Assembly (NCBI GenBank): GCA_951406725.2
Contig: OX597831.1
Location: 72,602,001 to 72,666,000 of the forward strand
Reading direction: 5' to 3'
Source of the DNA: Octopus vulgaris
Taxonomy: Eukaryota
DNA: 64,000 nucleotides
Part shown: one piece after another, positions 1 to 11,380 of the stretch
Position numbering within the stretch: the stretch's first letter is position 1
Layout: each line of letters opens with the position of its first letter
Program-made: the position numbers and the translations under genes
Notes under the pieces: generated by a model
Seen by the model: the letters and a program-made list of their open reading frames with translations, nothing else
What the model was told of the DNA's origin: nothing
The model's database searches: none

Positions 1-1329
1 TGGGAGCTCCTGGATGTTTAGAGCGATCGGTAGGAACGTTCTGTTGCATTTCTCTCAGATCTCTGAGTTCAAATCCTGCCGAGTTCAACTTAACATTCAT
101 CCTTCAGGCTAGATTTTACTTTCTCTTTATGAATTGTGTCCGTAATTTAAAGCCCAACCTCGTCGCATTGATTTGACTCGAGACAGTACAGTGTATCTGT
201 GGTATACACAGCCACTTACACGTTAATTTCCCAAAAGTGAATTGAGTTGGTCCAGCAATACAAAACTCACTGTTGATACCAACGGAATATCCACCATTTA
301 TATGTGCGCGTGTGTTTCACTGTATTTTTTAAAAACTATTTTTAACATTTTATTTTATATCCTCATCATTATCATTTAACGTCCATTTTTCATGCCGGCA
401 TGGGTTGGATTTTTCAGCAGGAGTCACAGAAGGTTCCATTGTCAGTTTTAGCTTGATTTCTACTGCTTGATACTCTTCTAGCACTAATCACTTAAGTGTG
501 TACTGGATGTTTTTTATGTGGCACCAGCACCAACAGGGTAACCAAATAATACACACACACACTAATGTATTTCTTTTCTAAAGTATTTTAAAGCATTATA
601 CTAATTCCTTAAACATGAGATGTTTCAGGTTATTTGAAATATATCTTTTAACTTTTTCATTACTGTATTTATTTTGAGATGCTCTGTGTTTCTTTCAATT
701 AATTTTAAATGTAACAAAGAATTTGGTAAAAAAAAAAACAAACTTTGAAATCATTAAGCTAGTGTTAAGAATATAAATTGTGATTAAGATTTGGTGGAAG
801 ATTTTAATTCAAAACTTTTGTAAACAAGACATTTGTACTACAGAGTCAGAGGTGGTTTCAGCCAGGTTGGTAAGGAAAGAGTTGATTTTTTCTTTTTTTT
901 CTGCATTGTTTGTGAAACACTATCAGATATGATGTGTGGAGTAATAAAAAAAAAAAACAATATTGGAATGGGATAGGGTGCAAATGTATAAAAAATTAAA
1001 TTTTAGGGACAAAAAAATGCTTTCAGAGAAGAGAAAAAAAAAAACTATCCAATTCCTTGGCCTTTTCCTTCTCCGACATAGTGATAGCTGTTCCGAATGT
1101 TCTTGTGAATTAGACATTATAATACAAATCTACCCACTGTGAATTAAGTTTTATTCTAATACTCGGTACATTTTATTCATGGTATTAAATAGTTTTGGGA
1201 GTATCAAGAGAGAGTATGTTACCAGTACACTTCACATTTTCTTACCAAACTTATATAACCATACAGAATAGTATTGTAGAAAGACCAACACTGAAGTTAA
1301 CTACTCCCTGTTTTAGTTACCACAGTATA

Positions 1330-1716
1330 TTAGTAATTTTAATATTTCTATTATTGAAAACAAGTGAATGTATTCCACTGTAACTAGGTAAATAAAATCT
1401 TCGAACAGATGGTCAGTAGCGACACCTGTGGGTCTGATTATGCTGCATTGATAAAGGGCAACAACCCTGAAACATGTCTGCAGATGTCTGACTAGCAAGG
1501 TGAAGTGGCTGACCTCCCCTGTTCGAAGGTTTGTAATGGACGCAGGTTCGTGTGTCAAATAGCTAGTTAGAGGCGGTGGCCTCTTGGAGCTAATCAGCGA
1601 CAGCTTTAGTCTTATATTTATAGACTGCCATATTAGTATGGCGATAACTATTAATATCCAGTAATGCTGCCGTAATCTCCTTTAGAGAGACTTAGTAATT
1701 TTAATATTTCTATTAT
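1330..1716 (+). mobile_element. Insertion of about 340 bp carrying the hammerhead motif, bounded by a 25-bp direct repeat
   Basis: TTAGTAATTTTAATATTTCTATTAT at 1330-1354 and 1692-1716. Confidence 0.65.
1443..1483 (+). ncRNA. Degenerate minimal hammerhead motif
   Basis: CTGCA-TTGATAA-AGGG(caacaa)CCCT-GAA-ACATGT-C-TGCAG: all three stems pair and the triplet is GUC; the core differs from CTGATGA at two positions. Confidence 0.55.
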
Positions 1717-2584
1717 GTTAGTAATGTTTTACTTAATTAAAATTAATGTGGATCCCAGTTTCAACCAAAAATTGTGTGTGTAGCAATTTGTCTATAATAG
1801 TCACTGAGTTTTAAAAGTAAATGAGAACTGAACTTATAAGTCACAGAAAAGTATCTTAGATCTACTTCAGCCTGGGTCTGGGACATCAGAACACCACTCT
1901 TATGCAAAATCTATGCTTTTATACAAGTCAATGTTGTTTCCAAATCCCCTATACAATGTTATAATTGCCAATTCATATTACCAAAAAGTTTCATGTGGAA
2001 GAAACCTTCAAATATGGAAAGATAAATCAACTCTCATTGGACCCAAATGAAAGGAAAAAACACTTTCCATTCAGTCATATCTGATGATGATAGATTCATG
2101 TCTACACTTTTGGAAGGTTCTTCAGCAAAAAGCTATTTACTAAAGTGATTTGGCTGTTATGAGGTTAACATTTTTAATATGGTATAAATAATATACCCAC
2201 TCTATTACCTAATGTACAAGTGCCTGCTCTTTTGTTTCTACTAACGTATGAAAACTTGTACAACTCTCTCTCTCTCATATATGAAAGAGAGAGATGAGGA
2301 GGACAATATATGAGAGCTTATACTGTATAGGTAGGATAAAAATATTCAGTGACCAAATGCTTGTTTATAATTCCATAACATTATAAGAACATTGCATTAC
2401 ATCCCTGATCAAAACATCATGGTTTTCATGTTCAGTTTTACCTTGGTGTATGAAATACTTACCACATCTTGTAGGGGTCTGGATACTGGAGTTACTTCTT
2501 CAATGGCAAATCTTCTCTTTCCAATGGCATGCATTAAAAATTTGCTTTACATTCATTTACCAGTAACTGGTAAAAAAAAAAGAA

Positions 2585-2805
2585 CAAGAGGTGCTGAAAA
2601 GTTCCTGGCTCTGGATATGAAAAAAAAAATACGGTAGGATCAGTTAATTCTGATTTTATTCAGTATATTCCCCTCTCAGATTCACACACTTATTGCAGTG
2701 GTCCTTCAGTTTTTCTAAGCCCTGTAAAAGATCTCAGAAGGTTGGGCCTCCAACCAGGCTTTTTGCAAGACCCTTAAAGCTAGAAACTTTTCAGCAGCCC
2801 TTGTA
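2585..2805. mobile_element. Tc1/mariner-type MITE
   Basis: TIR GAGGTGCTGAAAAGTTCCTGG / CTAGAAACTTTTCAGCAGCCC; second copy at 16029-16246. Confidence 0.75.
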
Positions 2806-3385
2806 CAATAAAGTATCAACCCAGCAGACCTTTGTGTGTGCATGTCTAAACACACACATTCATAAACATAAGATTTATGTCTACATGGGGTAACACAGTT
2901 TAACATGTAGTGTATAGAAATTTTACTTTTATTCGTACATCATAGTTTAGTATGTCATGGTAATGGTAAATTACAAACAAACCAATAACCATTTGTGGAA
3001 TCAATGGTTATTTTCTTTGTTTATATTTTTATTTGTAACTTGTCTCCACAATAGAATTATGCTCAAGTAATTTCTCCTTTCTCTGCTAAGACTCTCTTCA
3101 CAACAACTGCAACGAAATTTAACAAGCTTTATGTTTTATACCAGAATTGTTCAAGAGGAATGGTGTCGATTTCCAAACCATTGGTTTACTGTCTTACTAA
3201 TGGTAATAATGGCAAGAGATATTCTCTGTAGTGAACAGATAATGAAGGGGAAATTAAACAGAAGCACTAGGTTTCCTCACCAACATTTATCTTCACCTAT
3301 ATATATAGATCAGTAGCCACTACACACATTATTTTTCTCTCCTTGTTTCTCTTCTTTTTTTTCTCTCCTTGTGTTTTTCTGTGTT

Positions 3386-3422
3386 CCTTTCTGTAGAAGA
3401 GCGTAGGCTCGAAACCTAAAAG
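3386..3422 (+). ncRNA. Hammerhead-like variant in a short repeat between (AT)n tracts
   Basis: CTTT-CTGTAGAA-GAGC(GTAG)GCTC-GAAACCT-A-AAAG: stems I and II pair, but the core and stem III deviate. Confidence 0.35.
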
Positions 3423-3780
3423 ACTTTTTCAATTCCTGAGCGTTATACTAATACATCTGTTTGTTTTGTACACCACCTGTCTTTGTGTTTTTTTTTTTTC
3501 ATGAACTCTCCCCCTATATATATATAGGTACACATTAAATAAAGATATACACCTCTATTATTATATAACAGAACCTTATAAAATGTCCAGTATTGTTGAT
3601 GCAATATTTCATACTATCTGTATAATGTCATCTCTTGAATCCAATATCTTTCATTTTCTTTATTATATAAAATATTCTTAGAATAGCTGGTAGGGACACC
3701 GTATTTCGTTTTGCCACTATGATATGCTACCAATTATATTAAAGGTCCATAAATCAATGCAGTGTTTTACTTTTGGATAT

Positions 3781-4056
3781 TCTATAGAAATTAGAGCCAT
3801 CACGGAGAGTGACTAGGTTTCATATACGAATATGTAAGCAATGCGATCGAAGATAGAAAAATAGGTAATGGGTGTACATACATATTTCTCATTAGAACCA
3901 CATCCAACCCATTAAGCATGGTACTGAAGAAAGAGCAACAATTCCTGAAATATGTGTATACACCCATTATCTGGTTTTCTTTGATTGCATTGTTTACATA
4001 AACATATTTGCATACGATACATTGTGACTTTCAGTACTGGCTCTAAATTCTATTGA
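3781..4056. repeat. Degenerate foldback with a hammerhead-like core (CTGAAGA...GAAA, 3924-3950) at its centre
   Basis: Inverted pairs: TAGAAATTAGAGCCA/TGGCTCTAAATTCTA, ATGTAAGCAATGC/GCATTGTTTACAT and TAATGGGTGTACATACATATTTC/GAAATATGTGTATACACCCATTA. Confidence 0.55.
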
Positions 4057-5167
4057 AAATCAGTAGAGATAACTCTTCAGAATAGATATCTGTGTATTAT
4101 AAAATTGATTCCTGCAAGATGTTTCCATCTCCCGCAAAACAAAATATTTGTGTGAACATCGCTTTGACAAAGTTATGTTATTCAAATAGAATCATTCATA
4201 AACTATTGTTTTATGGTTTGTGTTGTGGTGATTTTGTAATTATTTTTCAGTGAAAACTTGAAATACCAATCTTTCTGTCTAACTTAATACTACTTTTTCT
4301 CAACTTAATACCAGCCTGTCCAAGAATGCCACTTCTGGTTTTATGACACAAAAATCCTCCATTTTAATGCATTCCTATTTGAATTTAAACCATTTGTTAT
4401 TTCATGTAGAACCTTTTAAGTACAGTTCCAAACAAGAAATTACTAACAGAGAAGTTATTTGATTCATTCCATCCAAACTCTTGATGATACGTAACTGTGT
4501 AATTTAGCCCCTGGAGACATTGTCTCCACTCATAAACACACACATCGCCCGGTCTGAGATTCGAACCCGTGATCTCTCGACCGCAAGTCCACTGCTCTAA
4601 CCGCTAAGCCACGTGCCTCCACACAGGTAGCAGGATTGGATCAATTCATGTCCAGTTGAAACTTATTTTATCAACCTCCAAACAATGAAAAACAAAGATG
4701 ATCCTCATGGAATTTGAACTCAAAACATAAAGCATTTTCCCAACATGCTAACAATTCTGCCAATTTTTCACTTTCAATAATAATAATAATAATAATAATA
4801 ATTTAAGAACAATAACAACAACACTGATGACAAAACATAATGAGGTTAATTTACCAAGTTTTTTTTTTGTTGTTTTTTTTACACAAAATTCAGACTTTGT
4901 TTTTAAATAATACAATGGACAGAAGGTATTACCAAATAATTTGTTTGTATTTTTTGGTGTTTGTTTACATTGAATAATTTACTGGCCATTGGATTCCGGC
5001 CACTGGAGTTCTGATTTTTAACAGTTTTTTTTTTCTTTTTTATTTATTTTTTTTGGTCAACTGGAGGAATCAGTAACCATTTAACTTAACGTTGGGGTCA
5101 GTTTAATATTCCAATAGATCTTCAGTTCGTTTCTTCAACATTAAGTCAGACGGGGTGAGGGTTTTAG

Positions 5168-5202
<35 letters not shown>

Positions 5203-5234
5203 ACTTAAAGAGAAAGACAGACAGGGAGAAAGAG

Positions 5235-5265
<31 letters not shown>

Positions 5266-5715
5266 AGCAGGCCCAGATAGACAAGCAGATAGTGATAGAC
5301 ATAAATAGAAAAGAAGGGAGAGAGAGAGAGAGATGCATATAGACAGAAGTAAACACTTACAAGCGAAGACACATCCACACTCACATCCACACACAGATAC
5401 AGATAAATACATACTTATACAGTGAGGTGGGGGCAGAGAGTTTACAAGTCAATATGAGAGGGGAAAATGAAAAAGTGGTAAAAGTTCAGAGCGACAGTGA
5501 GGTGGGGGGGGGGGCATGAGAGGGATTTGGTAATGTGGGCATTAATGCTGTTTATAAGTAAAACCTTATTGACAGGATGAGCGAGGAAGGACAAGAGTTC
5601 AAATACAAGAGCAGTTGGGAAGAGCGTTTGCTTAAATATAACATGGGGGACAGGGTGGGGGAATGAAACAATTAAAACAAAATATAAACAGGTGAACAAA
5701 AGACGCTGAAATTTC

Positions 5716-5763
<48 letters not shown>

Positions 5764-6017
5764 ATGCTTTCACATGCATTTGTAATAATTTTGCATATTC
5801 ATCAGGATGTCTTTGCGACATATATGTAAAATATTTGAGGTTTTTGAGTATTTGTGCTTTGAAAGAAGCATGTGTATGTATACGCTTGTATATGTATACA
5901 TTTATATGTATGAACATATATATATATATATATATATATTCATTTAGAAATTATATTTATATGGAAATTATTATTTGTAAATCTCAACAAAAGATATTCA
6001 GCAACAGTCCTCTAGAA

Positions 6018-6294
6018 TAAAGATTATTTGCCAACCTGACAGGGCAGTCTTGGTTTAGGATGCATGTTGCTGTAATTAGCCCCCCCTGGAGACATTGTCT
6101 CCAGCTGGCTATATGACAAGATCTGTGTCCTTATATTTTTGAACAAGGGGTGGGTGCTGAATACCTTTGTTCGAAAATATAAAGACACAGATCGTGTCGT
6201 TTAGCCAGCTGGAGAAGATGTCTCCAGGGGCTAAATTACGGCAACATTCATCCTAAACCAGGACTACCATGTTAGGTTGGCAAACAATCTTTTA
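6018..6294. repeat. Foldback element with arms of about 130 bp
   Basis: 6018-6148 is an imperfect reverse complement of 6164-6294, with a short central spacer. Confidence 0.85.
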
Positions 6295-7109
6295 TATATA
6301 GACATGTGTGCACACTTACACACACACACACACACACAATATTTGTGTTATTGTATTAGACTAATCATTTCTTTGAAGCTAGTCTAAAATTCAAGTTACC
6401 CTTCAAAAACATCACGCAATATTTATAACAACCACCCTTTCTACCATAGACACAAGGCCTGAAATTTGTGGGGAGTGGGCAAAGTCAATTACATCAACCC
6501 CAGTATTTAACTGATACTTAATTCATCAACCTTGAAAGGATGAAAAATCAAAGTCGACCTTGGCAGAATTTGAACTCAGAATGCAAAGATGGACAAAATG
6601 CTGCAAAGCATTTTGCCCGGTATGCTAACAATTCTGCCAGCTTGCCACTTTAATAATAATAATAATAATAAAGAACTGCTCCTCAATAATGAAGAGGAGC
6701 AGAAAAAGGGAAAACTCTGATTCACAAATAGAACAGAAAAGAAGATTAAAGAGTGGGACTCTATTCAGGGGCTTTTGTTTTAAATCTGTTTTTTCTTTTC
6801 TTTTCTCTAATCTTTTTCTGTTATGAGAAGAAAAAAAAAACACTTTCCTGAACTACTTAAAGAAATCATAAGCAACAATATCAGGTGGGGAGGACTTGTA
6901 TATAATATAATAATAATAATATTATATCTTATCGCATGGTATCAGAATATATTATACATATAAACCTTATATCGTATATGTCATATATATATAATTGCTT
7001 TTATATGGGGAGAAGGCCATAATGCAGGGGCAAGAGAGCATTCGATTTTATTGGCCCCCAAAACTTGATTAGTACTTTTTATTGACCCCTGTAGAGATAA
7101 ACCTTGGAG

Positions 7110-7147
<38 letters not shown>

Positions 7148-7628
7148 TGTATGTATACACACACATTTAAAGTCAAAATCATATATATATTTTATATGTA
7201 TTATGCATTACATATAAATATGCATATATATATATACTCATACATATATATGTACGTACATACATATATATATATAATATATGTATTATAGAATACATAT
7301 AAATATGCATATATATAATACATTGTTATATCATTTATTATACAGTTATTATATGTATGTATACACATAAATATGTTAAATAAGATTCGGGTAAAAACCT
7401 TGAAGAATGCTATGCAAAGCTTGTCCACCAGTATTGGCTACCTGATGTCATCATACAGTGGAAATGCTCCAGCAACAGGCTATACATCAGTGATTCCATA
7501 GTATACGTAGAGTTTATACAAATAGATAAATGATAGAAAAAGGAATGAATGACATTCTTTATTTAAAACCACTTCTCGGTGAGTTTAAATAATACAATTC
7601 ATTCAATTTCCCATCATCTAATCTATTC

Positions 7629-7669
<41 letters not shown>

Positions 7670-7947
7670 GTATATAATTATAAACATATATATACGTAAG
7701 ATACATATGTTTATATATATGTATAAATATATTTGCTTACACACAATTATCTTGAAGAGACCAACTGCTTTGTCTTTAGACGGTATCATAATACTTCAAC
7801 CGATAGAAACAGCCCCATGATTATTTTGTGGCTGTTCTTGCCATTGTCATTTGACTCCATATCCTCCTCATCATCATCCTCATCATATAAACATTAACAC
7901 CACTATCATCGTCATCGTCGTCGGCAGTGTGTTCTTGTAAACCTTAC

Positions 7948-8084
7948 ACTGAAGCGACAAAGTAATTGATCATCACATTGAAAGGTAGACAGACAGGTAA
8001 CGGCTACCGAAAAAGCCATATTTTTTTCAGCAAATTTGAGTTTTTAGCTCCTTTACCTTGTTGGTCAGGACTGGTGGCTCCTCC
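7948..8084 (-). CDS. Candidate exon of a second gene (EEPPVLTNK to a donor at 8057, or ATG at 8019 giving MAFSVAVTCLSTFQCDDQLLCRFS to a donor at 7948)
   Basis: Long polypyrimidine tract plus ATGTAG acceptor; two possible donors (AAG|GTAAAG and AGT|GTAAGG). Confidence 0.3.
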
Positions 8085-9024
8085 CTACATGAAATACCAA
8101 AAGAAAAGAAGAAGAAAAAAATAGGGGGACGCATAGAAAATGAAATATATAATGAAAAAGGGGGCTGCCTTGTTATCAATGGAAGGAAATATTTTGAGGG
8201 AATTGTAATATACTGTTGATGGTTTATAATAATGATAATAATAAGCAGAATTGTAATATTTTGTGATGCCAAGAGAAATAATGGTTTCAATCTTTGGTAC
8301 AAGGTCAGCAATTTGAGGAGAGGGGTTTGACCTCTGTCCTTGCTGGTATGAAAGACAAAGCTGACATTGGTGGGATTTGAACAAAATTCTGCTAAGCATT
8401 TTGCCCAGCATGCTAACAATTCTGCCAACTCAGTCTTCGTAATATTTAATAATATTACAATGATAATTTAACAAAATAATAGTAATATTTATTGATAATA
8501 CTAAAATAGTAATAATTTATAATTTATATTGTAATAATTTATGCTAAAATGTAGTATTAATAAGTTGTCCTGATATTTAATAATTTTAAATGATAGTTAT
8601 GATTTTTAATAGTAGAAACCCCCACTAAATTTTGATGAAAGGAACTGTTGAATATATTCACTGGAATATTTGATGGGTAAAGGTGACCCCCAACTAGAGT
8701 TGAAATCAGAATGTAATGGGCTGGGATTATTATATATAAGGCATTTTGGTCTGGTGCCCTGCTGATTCTGTCTGTTGCCCCAATACTACTACTACTAACT
8801 ACTAATAATAATAATGGTACAAGACCAATAATTTTGAGGGGAGGGGGACAAGTTGATTACATCAACCTTAATACATGATTGGTACTTTATTAACCCTGAC
8901 CTTGGTGGGATTTGAACACAATGTAAAAAAAAAAAACTGAAAGAAATGCCACTTTGCATTTTGTTCTGATATGCTAATGGTTTGGCCAATCCGTCACTAT
9001 AATAATAATAATAATAATAATAAT

Positions 9025-9585
9025 AAATGCCCTGATGCAGTACCAGGCATTGGCTCTCATGGCTTCTGATCTTAACTGACTGGATGTGTTATCATGTACA
9101 TTGTTTTGTCTTGGCATAAAAGATGGCCTACAGCAAATATTCTGCTCAATACCACAGATTTGCTTGTCAGTTGTTTGACCTTAACCAGTTGAGCATGTCC
9201 CTTAGTCGCTGACGATATGTGCATCTCTGATCACAAGCAGAAGTAGTGGGGGAGCATCATAGCCATGTGTTGAGAGGGATTCTTTGGGGTTTGAATAATT
9301 CACCTCTGGAAACATGGGTGTTTCATTCAACATCCTTAAACAACCCTTATTCAGGGACCTTTTGAGCAGGATGGGTTACTCGACCTGAAGAAAATTCTAA
9401 GTGGGCCCCACCTGCAAGGTCATGTGCTGTTTATCTTGATATGAGATCACCATGTTGCACACATATGGTTGTGATGCATGTGCCTGGTGTACCCTTATCA
9501 GATGGGTAGTCATGATGGGTATACTGGGCTTCGTATATTTTACCCCAGTGTCACTTTGATGGCATGCACTGCTCTCTCACTCAAT
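9025..9585. mobile_element. Interspersed repeat of about 560 bp inserted in (AAT)n, copy 1
   Basis: Colinear with 62883-63445; both copies are flanked by (AAT)n. Confidence 0.8.
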
Positions 9586-9626
9586 AATAATAATAAAAAT
9601 AATCTTACAAAAACTCTTTTGGGAGT

Positions 9627-9854
9627 TTAACCCTTTCGTTACCAACCCGGCTGAAACCAGCTCTGGCTCTGAGTACAAATGTCTTGTTTTCAAAAGTTAT
9701 GAATTAAAATCTTCCACTAAGCCTTAGTCCCAATTTATGTTCCTAACACTAGCTTAATGATAACTAAGTTATTTTACTAAATTCTTTGTTATATTTAAAA
9801 TAATTGAAAGAAATACGGAGCATCTCAAAATAAATACAGTAACGAAAGGATTAA
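9627..9854. mobile_element. TTAA-flanked (piggyBac-type) MITE
   Basis: TTAA-CCCTTTCGTTAC ... GTAACGAAAGGA-TTAA; related copies at about 608-884, 23159-23382, 23780-23992 and 24009-24238. Confidence 0.8.
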
Positions 9855-9855
9855 A

Positions 9856-10250
9856 ATCCAAACAGATTGAGTGATACACTCCCATTAACTGGGGATTTTT
9901 ATGGCTTAGAAAAGCGATGCAAAAATATGACATTTCAAATGTAGCTACCCCAGATACCCACAGTATGGCAAAGAGCTTGAGAAAAAAATTGATAAATCTT
10001 GAGTGTTCGGTTTGGAAATTTCAAGAATGTGGAACTCAAGAACTAAAGCTGTGCCAACAGTAATTGGAGCTGTTGGCTTTGTTCCTACCAAGTTTGCAAC
10101 ACATCTCCAAGCTAAATATAATATCTAATATTGTAACTTTACAAAAATAGACACCACTTGGATCTGTAGAAATCCTGCTGAAGGTACTTGGGTCATATGA
10201 CTTGAGGGAGAGCACCCAGTATGTGACTGGTTAAGACCTGAAGCCTAAGG
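9856..10250 (+). mobile_element. Highly decayed RLE LINE C-terminal remnant
   Basis: A PTVIGAVGFVP-like segment near 10054-10090 resembles the VPxIxGALG motif; many stop codons. Confidence 0.4.
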
Positions 10251-10630
10251 TAATAATCTCTTATGCTATAGACACAAAGCCTGAAATTTTGTTGGATATG
10301 AGATAGTCAACTACATCAACCCCAGGGTGTAACTGGTACTTAATTTATCGACCCTGAAAGATTGAAAGGCAAAGTCGACCTCAGCAGAATTTGAATTCAG
10401 AGCGTAAAGACAGACGAAATACTGCTAAGCATTTTGCCCGGCATGCTAACGTTTCTGCCAGCTCACCGCCTTTCTAGCATAATTATTAAGTCTAGAAATG
10501 TTTGGGAGACAAAGGAGAATCAATTAGATGGACATGAACCCCAGTATACTTTATTTTATTAATTAGAAAAAGAATGAGATGCTAAGTAGATTTTGGCAGG
10601 ATTTGAACTTAGTATCTAAAGAGCGGTAAC

Positions 10631-10676
<46 letters not shown>

Positions 10677-10995
10677 TTTAGTTTCATTGATGAAGAGGAG
10701 GAGAAGATAAAGCCATATCTTTAGAAAGAACCCATTACAAGCAAACAAACAAACAAAAAAGCAAAAATCATGCAAGTTCTAGCATGCTGAAGCAAAAATT
10801 GTTCCTGTTAATTATTTGTTCGAAAATACATTAACGTGTAATATGTGTGTTCACCTATGTTTACTTATGTTCACTTACGTTCATCTATTCAAAATATCAT
10901 GATATCTTTGATATTGGCTGATGGTCTAAATTCTCTTAAAATTGAGATTGAATAAATACTTAAGATGTTCAGAAACTTAAAAATAAAAAATATAT

Positions 10996-11380
10996 AGGCG
11001 CTGGAGTGGCTGTGTGGTAAGTAGCTTGCTAACCAACTACATGGTTCCGGGTTCAGTCCCACTGTGTGGCATCTTGGGCAAGTGTCTTCTGCTATAGCCC
11101 CGGGCCGACCAATGCCTTGTGAGTGGATTTGGTAGACGGAAACTGAAAGAAGACTGTCGTATATATGTATATATATGTATATGTGTGTGTTTGTCCCCCT
11201 AGCATTGCTTGACAACCGATGCTGGTGAGTTTACGTCCCCATCACTTAGCGGTTCGGCAAAAGAGACCGATAGAATAAGTACTGGGCTTACAAAGAATAA
11301 GTCCCTGGGTCGATTTACTCGACTAAAGGCGGTGCTCCAGCATGGCCGCAGTCAAATGACTGAAACAAGTAAAAGAGAGA
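10996..11380 (+). mobile_element. tRNA-derived SINE family A (head GGAGTGGCTGTGTGGTAAG...GGTTCAGTCCC, internal (AT)n)
   Basis: A/B-box-like head. Near-identical copies at 17424-17970(+), 26755-27130(-), 29340-29725(-), 33610-33985(-), 44090-44503(+), 52929-53470(+) and 61043-61425(+); older copies at 16660, 19380, 47030 and 60270. Confidence 0.9.

Noticed and set aside
1900-2030. Possible exon or LINE ORF1 zinc knuckle (PNP/IQCYNCQ)
   Set aside because: It needs frameshifts and the CCHC is incomplete; too decayed to call.
7435-7475. CCTGATG...GGAAATG hammerhead-like string
   Set aside because: The core lacks A9 and the stems do not pair convincingly.
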